A stretch of 64,000 bases of DNA, taken from the IMG/VR virus record IMGVR_UViG_3300030390_001781, positions 5,356-69,355 of that record, one strand, 5' to 3'. Shown in pieces: positions 31,982 to 42,089 of the stretch; within the stretch, counting starts at the first letter, position 1; each line of letters begins with the position of its first letter. The position numbers and the translations under genes are program-made. The DNA comes from a virus. Below the pieces are notes generated by a model. The model saw nothing but the letters and a program-made list of their open reading frames with translations. It made no database searches and was not told the DNA's origin.

Positions 31982-32890
31982 ATGAAACTAGATTTTACTA
32001 TAAGCAATGTAACTTGTTGTAGCAAGTATAAATTTTGCGATACAACTTGTGAAACAGAACCATGTGAAACTACAGCTTGTACTGATGGTTACGGTATAGG
32101 TACTAATATTACTAAATATCAAATAGGTAAAACAAGATTTAATGTAAAGTTTCCTGATGGAACTACGTATAGTGATGTAGATTTAAGTTTTGTACCAGCT
32201 ACTAAAGCATATGGTGAGTTCGCTCTTGCAAGTGGTAATCAAGGTACTGTTGTTGTAGATATAAACGGTGTAATTGTTTCTAATGTTATTTTTACAACTG
32301 ACATAGAAACGACTGTAGATTTACTAGTTAATACTGCTAACGGTAAAGCTCAAGACACAGGTTGGTACATGGAAAAAATAGGTACTAACAGAATTAAAGT
32401 TATATCTATGATTCCAGGAACTACTTATAACGGACTTGACCTTAACGTAGGTTTAAGTGGAAACTTAACTGTAGTAATGTATGACGTTTTAACTGCTTAT
32501 GGAGTAGGAACTTCAAACTGTTTTGAATTTGGTATAGCTGATTTATATACAACCAACACACCACCTGTTAATAATAGTGGTCCTGATTTTCAAGATGGTG
32601 TATATGAATTTACGTATATTATATATGATTCTAACAACCTAGAAATAGGAAGAGTAACAAAATGTATTCTTTTTGATTGTAATGTTAAGAGATGCGTTAA
32701 AGAGTCTATAATAAAACTAGCAGACGATTGTTGTAGTGATTGTAGTGAAGAGTTGACAGAAAAAGTTTTGTTAATTAAATCTAAAATTGAACAAGCAAAA
32801 GCACAAATTGAAAAAGGTTTAGGTGATTGTGCTAATAAAACTATTAAATCTGCTAATAAAATATGTACTAATATTTGTTTAGATTGTTAA
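31982..32890 (+). CDS. Cys-rich tail hub / fibre-attachment protein
   Basis: Cys clusters at both ends, FQDGVYEFTY motif; synteny. Confidence 0.5.
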   Translation: MKLDFTISNVTCCSKYKFCDTTCETEPCETTACTDGYGIGTNITKYQIGKTRFNVKFPDGTTYSDVDLSFVPATKAYGEFALASGNQGTVVVDINGVIVSNVIFTTDIETTVDLLVNTANGKAQDTGWYMEKIGTNRIKVISMIPGTTYNGLDLNVGLSGNLTVVMYDVLTAYGVGTSNCFEFGIADLYTTNTPPVNNSGPDFQDGVYEFTYIIYDSNNLEIGRVTKCILFDCNVKRCVKESIIKLADDCCSDCSEELTEKVLLIKSKIEQAKAQIEKGLGDCANKTIKSANKICTNICLDC

Positions 32891-32891
32891 T

Positions 32892-34361
32892 ATGGGAATT
32901 TACGTAATTACAATACCTTCTGCTGCTAATCTTCCTGCTAGATTAACAGAAACATCACGTTTAAAATTAGCTGTTGATAATACTTATTCAGTAGGTAATG
33001 AATATAGAAATCAAGAGTTATTTCTTTCTGATAGTACTACTACTGACCTTACAGTTCTTAATGGTACTATAATTTATAGTATTAAAAACTCTTTATATTA
33101 TTGGATAGGTTGGTCATTTGGTGGTTTAAATAGATTGTTTACTCTTGAAAAAGAAAGTGATTCTTGGAATTTTGTTAAAACTGTATCTAATCATCCAAGA
33201 ATGACAGGAAACCCTAATGCTTTTATTTACGCAAGTAAAGCTGATAAATATTATGCAATGGGTAGTGCAATTGGTGAGTATGATAATAATTTTGTACCAA
33301 CTCAAAAAGGTTATAATTTTGCTTTAGCAGATAGTTCATACGCTTATGATTCAAAAAGAAATTACATTATTTGTAATTCAGTTAGACCTGATGGTGGTGG
33401 AAATAGATGGTTAACTCAGTTACTTTTAGATTCTCCTACAACTGATGAAGGTCCTCTTTTAAATCAGTTTGCTAGAAATCATTTAGCTTTAATGACTAAC
33501 AATAGAATTAAGTTTTTAACTTATAGTTCATTTGATGATAATTATTATTTTACAGATGTATTTTCTATTGTAAGAATTAGTGCTGAAACTGGTGGTGGTC
33601 AAGCTGTAGTTCAAAAAGGAACTAATATGCTTGGTTTAATGATTGAAGAAGGTAGTTCTTTTGGTTATTATGCTTATCAAGATGTTAATGATGTAAAGAT
33701 TTCAAAATTTCATTTAACAAATTACTCTGATGTATATCCTATAGTAAACTTAGGAAACATTAGTAATTTTGTTTTTCTATATGTAGGTAAAGTAGTTTTA
33801 ATAAATTATAAGAAAACTGATTTAGATGTTCATTGGTCAACTATAGCTTACAATACAGATTTAACTTTAGATTTAACTTACGAAAAAAATCTTTATCATG
33901 TTAAAACTGGAACAACTTCATATCATTCAAGAGTTGCTCACAACATGTATCAATCATTAACCTCTCCTACTAAGTATTATATAAATAGTAATCCTTCACA
34001 AGTTGTAAGACCTTTAAGTAATGATGAAGTTAACATACATATTCCTGTACAAATAGGTGGCTTAGGTAATCCATTTCGTACAACTTCTCATATGCAGAAT
34101 ATAAATCCTGTTACTCCATATCCTACTGTAACTACACCTGCTGCTTTAGTAGATTGTTGTTTAGATGAACTTAAATGTGATATAAACACTAAGTTAGCGA
34201 GTAAGAGTTGTGAAGTAACTAACAGAGCAATAGTAGGTAAGCACTATGGTGGAATGGCTGACGATTCAGAATTATTAGAAGCATTACTTTGGATAACAAC
34301 TTTTGACTGTTTAACTTGTGATGAAATAGAAAAACTTAGATGTATAACTTCAAAAATATAA
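32892..34361 (+). CDS. tail hub/fibre-associated protein with beta-propeller-like middle and Cys-rich C-terminus
   Basis: C-terminal DCCLDELKC...DCLTCDEIEKLRC; aromatic beta-rich middle. Confidence 0.45.
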   Translation: MGIYVITIPSAANLPARLTETSRLKLAVDNTYSVGNEYRNQELFLSDSTTTDLTVLNGTIIYSIKNSLYYWIGWSFGGLNRLFTLEKESDSWNFVKTVSNHPRMTGNPNAFIYASKADKYYAMGSAIGEYDNNFVPTQKGYNFALADSSYAYDSKRNYIICNSVRPDGGGNRWLTQLLLDSPTTDEGPLLNQFARNHLALMTNNRIKFLTYSSFDDNYYFTDVFSIVRISAETGGGQAVVQKGTNMLGLMIEEGSSFGYYAYQDVNDVKISKFHLTNYSDVYPIVNLGNISNFVFLYVGKVVLINYKKTDLDVHWSTIAYNTDLTLDLTYEKNLYHVKTGTTSYHSRVAHNMYQSLTSPTKYYINSNPSQVVRPLSNDEVNIHIPVQIGGLGNPFRTTSHMQNINPVTPYPTVTTPAALVDCCLDELKCDINTKLASKSCEVTNRAIVGKHYGGMADDSELLEALLWITTFDCLTCDEIEKLRCITSKI

Positions 34362-34365
34362 AACA

Positions 34366-35082
34366 ATGAGTGACTGCGGATGCGGATGCAATGGGGCTGG
34401 AAATTGCACAGATAATTTAAACAGCAATACAAAAAATGCACAACTAACAGGAAACATTAATTATGATGGTTCTGCTATATCTTGTACAAGCGATACTAGT
34501 ATTAATGTAGCAAACGGAGAAGGTTTAAATTCTGTTTTACAAAAAGTACTTACTGCTTTGTGTCCAATAACTCAAGGAAATCAAAGTTATTTAGCTCACA
34601 CTAGTGTAGACAACAACCTTACTGCTGCTATTAACACTCCTCAAACATTAAATTCTTTTGAGTTTGACGGTGTAAATAATATTAAGGACAATGAAATGAT
34701 TAAAATTAAATACTCAGGAAGTCTTAGTACTGTAGCTTCTACGGGTGGTTTAACTATAAACTTTACTATTTTTGGAAAAGATTCTTCAGGTGCTACTACA
34801 ACTCCTGTAAATTTTATTAGTGCAAATGTTCCTGCAGGTCAAACAATAACAGATCAATTTGTTTATTCTGTAGAAATAATTAAAATTTCTAATACTATTT
34901 TACATTTTTCTGTAAATGGTAAAACAAGATTAGCTTCTATACCTATTAATATTAGCAATAATAATATTGGAATGGCTAACTTATCTGTATATGATTTAGT
35001 TATTAATGCTACTGCATCAAGAAATAATATTGGTGATGTTTTTAATCTAGATTATGTAAGCATGGAACACCTTAGACCTTAA
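34366..35082 (+). CDS. tail fibre/spike protein
   Basis: MSDCGCGCNGAGNC start, NGEGLNSVLQKVLTALC anchor-like motif, beta-sandwich C-terminus. Confidence 0.5.
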   Translation: MSDCGCGCNGAGNCTDNLNSNTKNAQLTGNINYDGSAISCTSDTSINVANGEGLNSVLQKVLTALCPITQGNQSYLAHTSVDNNLTAAINTPQTLNSFEFDGVNNIKDNEMIKIKYSGSLSTVASTGGLTINFTIFGKDSSGATTTPVNFISANVPAGQTITDQFVYSVEIIKISNTILHFSVNGKTRLASIPINISNNNIGMANLSVYDLVINATASRNNIGDVFNLDYVSMEHLRP

Positions 35083-35132
35083 TTATTTTTTAGTATTTTA
35101 GCTATATAACAATTTTATAAAAGAAAAAGAAA

Positions 35133-35591
35133 ATGGAAGCAATTGCAGAAGCACAGTTAGTGCAAGAAGAACAAAAGGTAACAAATGAAATCGTTTTAAT
35201 TTTAGGTAAAGCAATTATTGATTTATTAGAATCAACTCCTACAGTAAATGGGAAAATGCTTTATGCTTTAGGTAAGAATGAATCTAAGTTTGAGTCTATA
35301 GCTAAACAGTATAGACAGTATCAATTTGAATTGTTAGAAAAGTACGTTGAAAAAAATGAAGATAATTCTTTTAAAATTTTAACAGAAGAAGAAGCTAACG
35401 GAAATCCTAATAGGTTTGTTTTTAAAGGAGAAGATGAAGAGCAAAAGTATGAAAGTAAAATGACTGAATACTTAAAAGCTCCAATTGAAATTGAATTACA
35501 CAAAGTTGATAAAGCTTTATTTGAAATTTTAAATATCAATCCACAAAAAAATAGAAGCTTTACTATAATGGTAGATTTTTTATCAAAATAA
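35133..35591 (+). CDS. DUF1617-like helical phage protein
   Basis: YALGKNESKFESIAKQYRQYQFELLEKYVEKNED pattern common near tail fibre genes. Confidence 0.4.
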   Translation: MEAIAEAQLVQEEQKVTNEIVLILGKAIIDLLESTPTVNGKMLYALGKNESKFESIAKQYRQYQFELLEKYVEKNEDNSFKILTEEEANGNPNRFVFKGEDEEQKYESKMTEYLKAPIEIELHKVDKALFEILNINPQKNRSFTIMVDFLSK

Positions 35592-35594
35592 AAA

Positions 35595-36413
35595 ATGGAA
35601 GAGTTACTAAATAGAACTGATTACTTGCTTGAGTTAAAACCTCCAAAGAAAATTTTGGAAGTTGGAACTAAAAAAGATGGCTGGGCTAAAAAAGTTCAAG
35701 AGTGGTTAAATCTACATAGGTTTCATACTACTAAATTTAGTACTCGTGTTGACATAGATGATTGGTACGGAAACGCTACAGCATCAGCTGTAAAAGAGTT
35801 TCAGTCAATTAAAGGTATAGAGCAAACAGGTCAAGTAGATATGACTACTTGGCTTCGTTTGGTCGCCCCTATGAGAAGGGCTTTTAGAGAAGTAAAAGGT
35901 GAAGTTGATGTAAAGCTTAGATTAGTTGAATACATGCAACAGTTTTGTGAAGAACACCCTACAGAGATACACGCTAATAGTGGTCCTTGGGTAAGAGCCT
36001 TTATGAAGGGTAATGAAGGTGATTGGGCTGCTTGGTGTAATGGAGTTGTATCTACGGCATTAGATCATTCATGCGCTTCTTTAGGTATAGATATGCAAGA
36101 CATTATGAAGTGGTCATGGTCTTGTGAAGAAACTAAACAGTATGCTATAAAAGATAGTACTACTGCAACATATTACTCTCCTGAACAGTTAAAGAAAGGA
36201 GAAGCATCTCCAGAATTAGGAGATTTATTTTTGGTTATTAGAAAATCTGATAACCGAGCAAGGCACATTGGTGTTATAGAAAAAGTAGAAGAAAGTATTG
36301 CATCTTGTATAGAGGGTAATACAAATGACGAAGGTAGCCGAGAAGGTTATGAACTTTGTAAAAGAAAACGAAATTTATCCAATGGCAATTACGGTATAAT
36401 TAAATTAAAATAA
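35595..36413 (+). CDS. endolysin: peptidoglycan-binding domain + CHAP amidase
   Basis: IDDWYGNATASAVKEFQ...TGQVDMTTW (PG_binding_1); AWC...HIGVI...IEGNT (CHAP Cys/His). Confidence 0.85.
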   Translation: MEELLNRTDYLLELKPPKKILEVGTKKDGWAKKVQEWLNLHRFHTTKFSTRVDIDDWYGNATASAVKEFQSIKGIEQTGQVDMTTWLRLVAPMRRAFREVKGEVDVKLRLVEYMQQFCEEHPTEIHANSGPWVRAFMKGNEGDWAAWCNGVVSTALDHSCASLGIDMQDIMKWSWSCEETKQYAIKDSTTATYYSPEQLKKGEASPELGDLFLVIRKSDNRARHIGVIEKVEESIASCIEGNTNDEGSREGYELCKRKRNLSNGNYGIIKLK

Positions 36414-36422
36414 ATTGCTATT

Positions 36423-36782
36423 ATGGGAAATCTAGACCCTAGAAATACTACAGAGTTTTTACTACAAGAAAACAATCGACTAGTTACAAATCTTATTAGT
36501 GTATCAGGTGGAGGTTCAGCAAGTACTTCTGCTACAAGTAGTGTATCTTCTAGCGCAACTTCTGTACAACTTTTAGCAGCTAATACAAGTAGAGTAGAAG
36601 GTGTTATTACAAACGAAAGTACAGCTATTCTTTATGTTAAGTTAGGAACTGGTGCAACTACTACAGATTATAGTATTAGTGTAAGTCCTAGTGAAACATT
36701 AATTATTGATAAATACAACGGTGTTATACATGGTGTGTGGTCTGCTGTAAATGGTAATGCAAGAATAACAGAAACTTCATAA
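36423..36782 (+). CDS. small virion beta-sandwich protein
   Basis: VQLLAANTSR...LYVKLG...IHGVW pattern seen before tail fibre genes. Confidence 0.5.
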   Translation: MGNLDPRNTTEFLLQENNRLVTNLISVSGGGSASTSATSSVSSSATSVQLLAANTSRVEGVITNESTAILYVKLGTGATTTDYSISVSPSETLIIDKYNGVIHGVWSAVNGNARITETS

Positions 36783-36791
36783 AAACTAGCT

Positions 36792-39629
36792 ATGTACAAA
36801 TTAGGAGATTATATTTCAAAATCACAAAAAGGTGTAGCTGATGGTATTGCTACGCTTGATAATACAGGTAATGTTCCTGCTTCTCAATTAACTAATGCTT
36901 CAGCAGCAGATTCAATTTACACAGCAAACGGGACAACGGGAGCGAGAACGGTTACAAGTACGGGAGATTTAACTTTTGCAACGGGTACGAATGATTTTAT
37001 TATTGATAATAATTCTCTTTTTAAAATACACGAAACGGGTTACATTCAAAATATTTCAGTTGATGGTATTAATTTACTTAATTTAAGTAACACAGCAGGA
37101 ACAAGAGAACTTTCATTAGCAGGTAATACTTTTACAGTTAAAGCAGTTGAAACTAATTTTTGGAATCAAAACACAACTACTCGTTTAAGAATTGAACACC
37201 TTCGACCTAAAGTTGAATGGATTTTAAATGGTAGCATTGTTCATACTATAAGTGGTCAATACCGAACTAAATTTTATGTTGACGGATATACAAATGCGAG
37301 TCAATTTTTTATAATTGGTGCTAACGATTTAGTAGGAAGTGAAGATATTTCTTTGCAAGGTGAAACTATTATAAAAGGACAAGGAACTTCAACGGGTTCA
37401 ACTTTGGCACTTTATGACAATGATTCAACGCCTAATAAAACTTGGGAATGGCTCGATAATGGAAATGTAAACATTGGTCAAAATAGTATTGTTGATTTAG
37501 ACAATAAAAAAATAACTTTTGATGCAGGTACTTTAGCAAGTGGAACGAGTAATGATTTAGGATTAATTATTGATGGTTCAAATATTACTAGAACGGGTTC
37601 TACTTCATCACCATTGTTAAGAGTAGATGGAGATTTAGGTACAGTTTTTACCGTTAATAGTGGGGGGTATTTTAACACTGTTTCGGATTATACCGATTTT
37701 ATTGCTCTAATGAAAAACAGAGCAGGCACAAGAGGTTTTTTACTAAAGGGTACTTTATGCGATTTAGCGTCGACAAATTTCAGACACGTTGGGGCTTTAA
37801 ACAATACGGCAAACAGAATTGACCAATATGTATCAAGTAACTTCCAACAGTGGGCAATGGTTGATAATAACGTCACTAATCATTGGATAAGAAACGGCGA
37901 TTCATTTGCACAAGCATCTTTTTTTATAGAAGGAATAACGGGAAGGGGTTTCAATGTTGGGGGAGGTTTACCAATAGGAACGGAAGATATTAGCTTACAA
38001 GGTGAAACGCTTATATCTAAAAAATTAGAACTATCTACTACAACAGATGGTTTTCTAATGCCTAGGCTAACAACTGCTCAAAAAAATGCAATAAGTTCTC
38101 CCGATACCAACTTAATGTTATTTGATACGGACTTAAATAGTTTACAAAGGTATAATGGTTCAGCTTGGGTTGATGTTTCTAGTGGAGGCGATTCAATTTA
38201 TACGGCAGACGGAACATTGTCAGGAAATCGAGTACTTGATATAAACAACAAAACCCTTGAATTTAAAAACGGTTCAACAGAGTTATACGCTACTAATGAC
38301 CACGGTTCACACGTTTTTGACGGTGACGGAGGGGTGAACAATTTTTTGTTTTTTAGAAAAGGAGGAACGGATATATTTAGGTTAGGAGCAGGAAGTCAAG
38401 GAGTGGTAAATACAAATTTATTTGCTTTTCGTAATGGTGCGGTAAGCACTAATGATAGAATGGAAATAAACTTGGCTGAAGATAATCACTTCGGTTGGTT
38501 CAATAGTTCAGACACGGAAGGACATAGAATAAGATACGGAAGTTTTAACCACGTAGGTTTTTTTCTTGATGGGGCTTTTGGGTGGAAAGGTTTTACAGTT
38601 GGGGGTGTAAATAGGGTAGCAAGTGAGGATATTTCTTTGCAAGGCTCAACATTAATCAAAGGTCAAGGTACTTCTACGGGTACAACTTTAGCACTTTATA
38701 ACAACGATTCAACACCAAGTAAGACTTGGGAATGGTTGGATAATGGAAATGTAAACATTGAGCAAGATAGTACAGTTGATTTAGACGGAAACAAATTAAC
38801 TTTTGATTGTGGCGACAATGTGGACGGGGGGTTATTAATTGATGCTTCGGCATATACGGGAGCAGACGACCCCGTTTTAAAAATAAACGGAGTTAGCAAT
38901 AGTTTTACAATAACCGAAAAAGGCTATATGTCTAACACTTCTATTCAAGGAAGTAACTGTTTTTTATTTAATAACTCATCGGGAACGGCAGGAATACAAA
39001 TTGGGGCAAACGGGCATTTATACGCAAGTAGTAACTTTCTTTTTCAAGCAGGGGCAACGGCTACAAATAGAATTAAATTGTATCAAGGGCGAACCATTCA
39101 AATGGAAGAAGGTTCGGGGAGTACATTAGTTCATTGGTTAAGGGTTGGAGATTCAAGGGCAGCACATTTTTTTAGAAATGGAGTAGTTGACAATGGTTTT
39201 ATTGTTGGGGCAAGTGCAAAAATTGGAACGGAAGATATTAGTTTACAAGGTGCAACATTAATAAATGATACTTTGGATATGAATAACAACCGTATATTAA
39301 ATGCAGTTGTTAATCCATCAGTCCAAGAAACAACAAGTTCGGCAACCTTTACAATAAATTCAGACCAACAAAGTGATGGTGTTTTAACAGCTATGGCAGC
39401 AGCTACAACAATAGCAGCTCCAACTGGTACACCTGTACAAAGTCAAAGTTTAATATTTAGATTTAAAGACAATGGAACGGCTAGAGCAATTACTTGGAAC
39501 GCTATTTTTAGAGCGATTGGAATTACTTTACCAACTACAACAACAGCAAGTAAATTACTTTACGTAGGCTGTAAATACAATTATACAGATACTAAATGGG
39601 ATGTTGTAAGCGTACAAGAAGAAGCATAA
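36792..39629 (+). CDS. tail fibre / receptor-binding protein with internal duplication
   Basis: KGVADGIATLDNTGNVPASQL anchor; GFLMPRLTTAQKNAI motif; four EDISLQG repeats; C-terminal TKWDVVSVQEEA domain. Confidence 0.75.
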   Translation: MYKLGDYISKSQKGVADGIATLDNTGNVPASQLTNASAADSIYTANGTTGARTVTSTGDLTFATGTNDFIIDNNSLFKIHETGYIQNISVDGINLLNLSNTAGTRELSLAGNTFTVKAVETNFWNQNTTTRLRIEHLRPKVEWILNGSIVHTISGQYRTKFYVDGYTNASQFFIIGANDLVGSEDISLQGETIIKGQGTSTGSTLALYDNDSTPNKTWEWLDNGNVNIGQNSIVDLDNKKITFDAGTLASGTSNDLGLIIDGSNITRTGSTSSPLLRVDGDLGTVFTVNSGGYFNTVSDYTDFIALMKNRAGTRGFLLKGTLCDLASTNFRHVGALNNTANRIDQYVSSNFQQWAMVDNNVTNHWIRNGDSFAQASFFIEGITGRGFNVGGGLPIGTEDISLQGETLISKKLELSTTTDGFLMPRLTTAQKNAISSPDTNLMLFDTDLNSLQRYNGSAWVDVSSGGDSIYTADGTLSGNRVLDINNKTLEFKNGSTELYATNDHGSHVFDGDGGVNNFLFFRKGGTDIFRLGAGSQGVVNTNLFAFRNGAVSTNDRMEINLAEDNHFGWFNSSDTEGHRIRYGSFNHVGFFLDGAFGWKGFTVGGVNRVASEDISLQGSTLIKGQGTSTGTTLALYNNDSTPSKTWEWLDNGNVNIEQDSTVDLDGNKLTFDCGDNVDGGLLIDASAYTGADDPVLKINGVSNSFTITEKGYMSNTSIQGSNCFLFNNSSGTAGIQIGANGHLYASSNFLFQAGATATNRIKLYQGRTIQMEEGSGSTLVHWLRVGDSRAAHFFRNGVVDNGFIVGASAKIGTEDISLQGATLINDTLDMNNNRILNAVVNPSVQETTSSATFTINSDQQSDGVLTAMAAATTIAAPTGTPVQSQSLIFRFKDNGTARAITWNAIFRAIGITLPTTTTASKLLYVGCKYNYTDTKWDVVSVQEEA

Positions 39630-39659
39630 ATAAATAAATAAATAAGTAAATAAAAAGCT

Positions 39660-40016
39660 ATGATTAAGAATAAAATACATTATCAGATTACAGGAGATTT
39701 AGTTGCTGATTACGGAGTAACAGTAAGCAATCCAATTATTAAAATAGCAGTATCAGACAGAGGAGTGATTTCTGATGGATTGTTAAAATGTGAATACAAT
39801 ATTTACATTTCTAATGAATCTTATTCAAGTGGTAAATACTTTTTTAAGGCTGAGAAGGAAGGAGAAAGATTAATTAATTTTAACTTTCCAATTGCTGATG
39901 TACCAAATTGGGGTATTCAAAGCTATAAAGAAGATCAGAGAAAGATTATTGCTGATACTTTTGGATTTGATGTTGCAAGTGTTGTATTGGTTGAAGAGCC
40001 AGAAGAAACAGAATAA
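39660..40016 (+). CDS. hypothetical (possible fibre chaperone)
   Basis: 118 aa directly after the fibre gene. Confidence 0.5.
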   Translation: MIKNKIHYQITGDLVADYGVTVSNPIIKIAVSDRGVISDGLLKCEYNIYISNESYSSGKYFFKAEKEGERLINFNFPIADVPNWGIQSYKEDQRKIIADTFGFDVASVVLVEEPEETE

Positions 40017-40018
40017 TT

Positions 40019-40300
40019 ATGATAACAATAATTAGTAAAATAGAACTAGAAGGTTCTGATTATCTAAAATATACAGATATCGGTCATACTCAAGACGTTA
40101 ATATTATTAATCAAATTAACGAAGATTATGATGCTTCATTAGGTTTGTTTTTAGGAGAAAACAGAACAAAGCTTGAACTTGGAATTGTAAGTGTAAGTGC
40201 TTTTTTTGCTAACACTCCTTTTGTAACTGAAGCTAGAACTCAAGTAGAAGATACAGAAAGTTTAGGTTTAATTGAAGTAACTGATATAAATCAATTATAA
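40019..40300 (+). CDS. hypothetical protein
   Basis: 93 aa acidic ORF, translationally coupled. Confidence 0.55.
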   Translation: MITIISKIELEGSDYLKYTDIGHTQDVNIINQINEDYDASLGLFLGENRTKLELGIVSVSAFFANTPFVTEARTQVEDTESLGLIEVTDINQL

Positions 40301-40965
40301 TGGCTGTACCAACTAAAGGAAATACAACAAACTCTAGTTCTACTCCTGGTGCTAATTTTAAAAACTACACTCATAATCAAAATTCAGGTAGTAATGGTTT
40401 AGTTGTAGTTCAACTATCTATGACTAATAGTAGAACTTTTACAACAGCTACTTATGGTGGTCAATCTATGACTTTGTTATATCAAATTAACAGAAGTGGA
40501 TTAGGTCAAAGAATGGCTTTTTTTTACTTAGAAAACCCTCCAACTGGAAGTAACACTTTAAGAGTTAATTTTAATAATTCAGTTTGGAATGGTGTAAGTG
40601 TACATATTAGAAGCTTTACAGATAGTGGTGGTATTGGTGCATCTGTTAGAACAGGAGGAAGTTCAACTCCTCACACTCAAAGTTTAACTGTTGAACAAGA
40701 TTCTTTAATAATGATAACTTCTTGTTGTGTAAATGTTATTTTAACTCAGCAGATACCAACAGGAACAAATCAAAGTTTTACTACACACAATGTTAATAGA
40801 CAAGTAGCAACAGGAGCTATATCTTCTAATGCAGGTCATAGTGCAGGAGCTATATCGTTAAGAGCAACATCAGGAAGTGGTAATTTAACTTTAGATAGAA
40901 CAGAAATAAAAGGACTAGGAGGAGGTGGTGGCACAAATAATGGCAACTTCTTTTTAGTTATGTAA
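40300..40965 (+). CDS. beta-sandwich virion / fibre-tip protein
   Basis: Thr/Ser/Gly-rich; TYGGQSMT, FYLENPPTGSN; ends GNFFLVM. Confidence 0.5.
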   Translation: MAVPTKGNTTNSSSTPGANFKNYTHNQNSGSNGLVVVQLSMTNSRTFTTATYGGQSMTLLYQINRSGLGQRMAFFYLENPPTGSNTLRVNFNNSVWNGVSVHIRSFTDSGGIGASVRTGGSSTPHTQSLTVEQDSLIMITSCCVNVILTQQIPTGTNQSFTTHNVNRQVATGAISSNAGHSAGAISLRATSGSGNLTLDRTEIKGLGGGGGTNNGNFFLVM

Positions 40966-41057
40966 AAACAATATAATATTATTAACGTAGAAATAATAAA
41001 TAGATTTCACTTTGTAGTAATAGTATAAAAAACTTATTTTTAGTAAAACCAAGTGAA

Positions 41058-41414
41058 ATGAATTTATTTCTGCTCAATGCAAAAGCTAATGTTTCGGTTA
41101 CAGATGTTGATTTACCGATTATGGTTGTCGCTCAATTGGTTATTTTTGTAGGATCGCTTGTTGGTTTTTGGTTTAATATAAAAAACAAAACAGCTATGAA
41201 TACAAGGTTAAATAAAGAATTAAAAGAAAAACTAACTGAGCATATGGCTGAATCAGTTAAAAAAATAGACTCTTATAGACATGATTGTAACGAAGCTTAT
41301 ACAAAGCTAGAAACTAAAATGTGTGTAATGGAAAAGCAAGTAAATAACATAACTGTAGGAATAGCTAATATTGAAGGCTACATGAAAGCAATGTGTGACA
41401 AAAATAAAAAATAA
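41058..41414 (+). CDS. putative holin/membrane protein (1 TM + coiled coil)
   Basis: IMVVAQLVIFVGSLVGFWF TM followed by coiled coil. Confidence 0.5.
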   Translation: MNLFLLNAKANVSVTDVDLPIMVVAQLVIFVGSLVGFWFNIKNKTAMNTRLNKELKEKLTEHMAESVKKIDSYRHDCNEAYTKLETKMCVMEKQVNNITVGIANIEGYMKAMCDKNKK

Positions 41415-41418
41415 TATT

Positions 41419-41481
41419 ATGGCAAAGAAAAAAGTAAAAAAACCAAAAAAACCTAAAACAAAAACAAAAACAGGTTATTAA
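41419..41481 (+). CDS. tiny Lys-rich peptide (20 aa; not in ORF track)
   Basis: MAKKKVKKPKKPKTKTKTGY*, AT-rich leader TATTATG. Confidence 0.4.
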   Translation: MAKKKVKKPKKPKTKTKTGY

Positions 41482-41510
41482 ATAAATTGTTAATTTTTAA
41501 ATTTTAAATC

Positions 41511-41621
41511 ATGGGTTACGGAGGAAGTAAAAAACCAGTAAAAGGATTAGTAGTATTAACTAAGCCAAAAAGTTACGGAGGAACTAAGAACAATACATAT
41601 ATTAGACCTCAACCAAAATAA
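41511..41621 (+). CDS. small basic peptide (36 aa; not in ORF track)
   Basis: MGYGGSKKPVKGLVVLTKPKSYGGTKNNTYIRPQPK* with internal YGG repeat. Confidence 0.5.
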   Translation: MGYGGSKKPVKGLVVLTKPKSYGGTKNNTYIRPQPK

Positions 41622-41628
41622 TCAAACA

Positions 41629-41835
41629 ATGAAAAAATTGTTAGGATTAGCCAAAATGTTTTTCTTTAAAGAAGGAGCAGTAGAAAAAACTGTTGATGGT
41701 ATTGAAAAGATTGGCAAATTAAGGCTTGATAGAAAGAAAGTTACTTTGTGTATCGTTATTGTACTAGCTATATTAACAATATTCGGTGTTATCAGCGAAG
41801 AAACTTTTATAGAATTATTTAAAGACGTTAATTAA
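41629..41835 (+). CDS. putative holin-like membrane protein
   Basis: VTLCIVIVLAILTIFGVI TM segment. Confidence 0.5.
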   Translation: MKKLLGLAKMFFFKEGAVEKTVDGIEKIGKLRLDRKKVTLCIVIVLAILTIFGVISEETFIELFKDVN

Positions 41836-41850
41836 TTTTAACGTCTTTAA
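41819..41850. terminator. 13-bp inverted repeat, possible terminator
   Basis: TTAAAGACGTTAA-ttaatt-TTAACGTCTTTAA spanning the stop codon of 41629..41835. Confidence 0.45.
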
Positions 41851-41867
41851 TTAGATAGAAAAAGAAA

Positions 41868-42089
41868 ATGACTGAAATAATTGAGGTAAAAGTAGTAAAT
41901 AAGAAAGGCGACTCACAAGATTACGTTATCAATAAAGATAAAGTAACTTACTTTAGAGGCTATGTCGAAACTAGCTTTGAGGTAAAGAGTCAACCTAAAC
42001 TTAAAACTGCTGTATATCTAATGGGAAGTACTAAAGCTTTGATATTAGATATAAGTTATGACGAATTTAAAAGGAAATTTCAGTTATAA
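41868..42089 (+). CDS. hypothetical small beta protein (last + strand gene)
   Basis: 73 aa ORF convergent with DnaJ gene. Confidence 0.55.
   Translation: MTEIIEVKVVNKKGDSQDYVINKDKVTYFRGYVETSFEVKSQPKLKTAVYLMGSTKALILDISYDEFKRKFQL

Noticed and set aside
1563-38899. Minus-strand ORFs inside the structural arm (e.g. 1563..1964, 14261..14476, 20332..20790, 23401..23883)
   Set aside because: Antisense shadows of A-rich genes; Phe/Leu/Ser-rich low-complexity translations
36792-39629. Diversity-generating retroelement TR/VR pair in the tail fibre repeats
   Set aside because: Both copies are in-frame within one gene, differences are not adenine-specific, and there is no reverse transcriptase in the window
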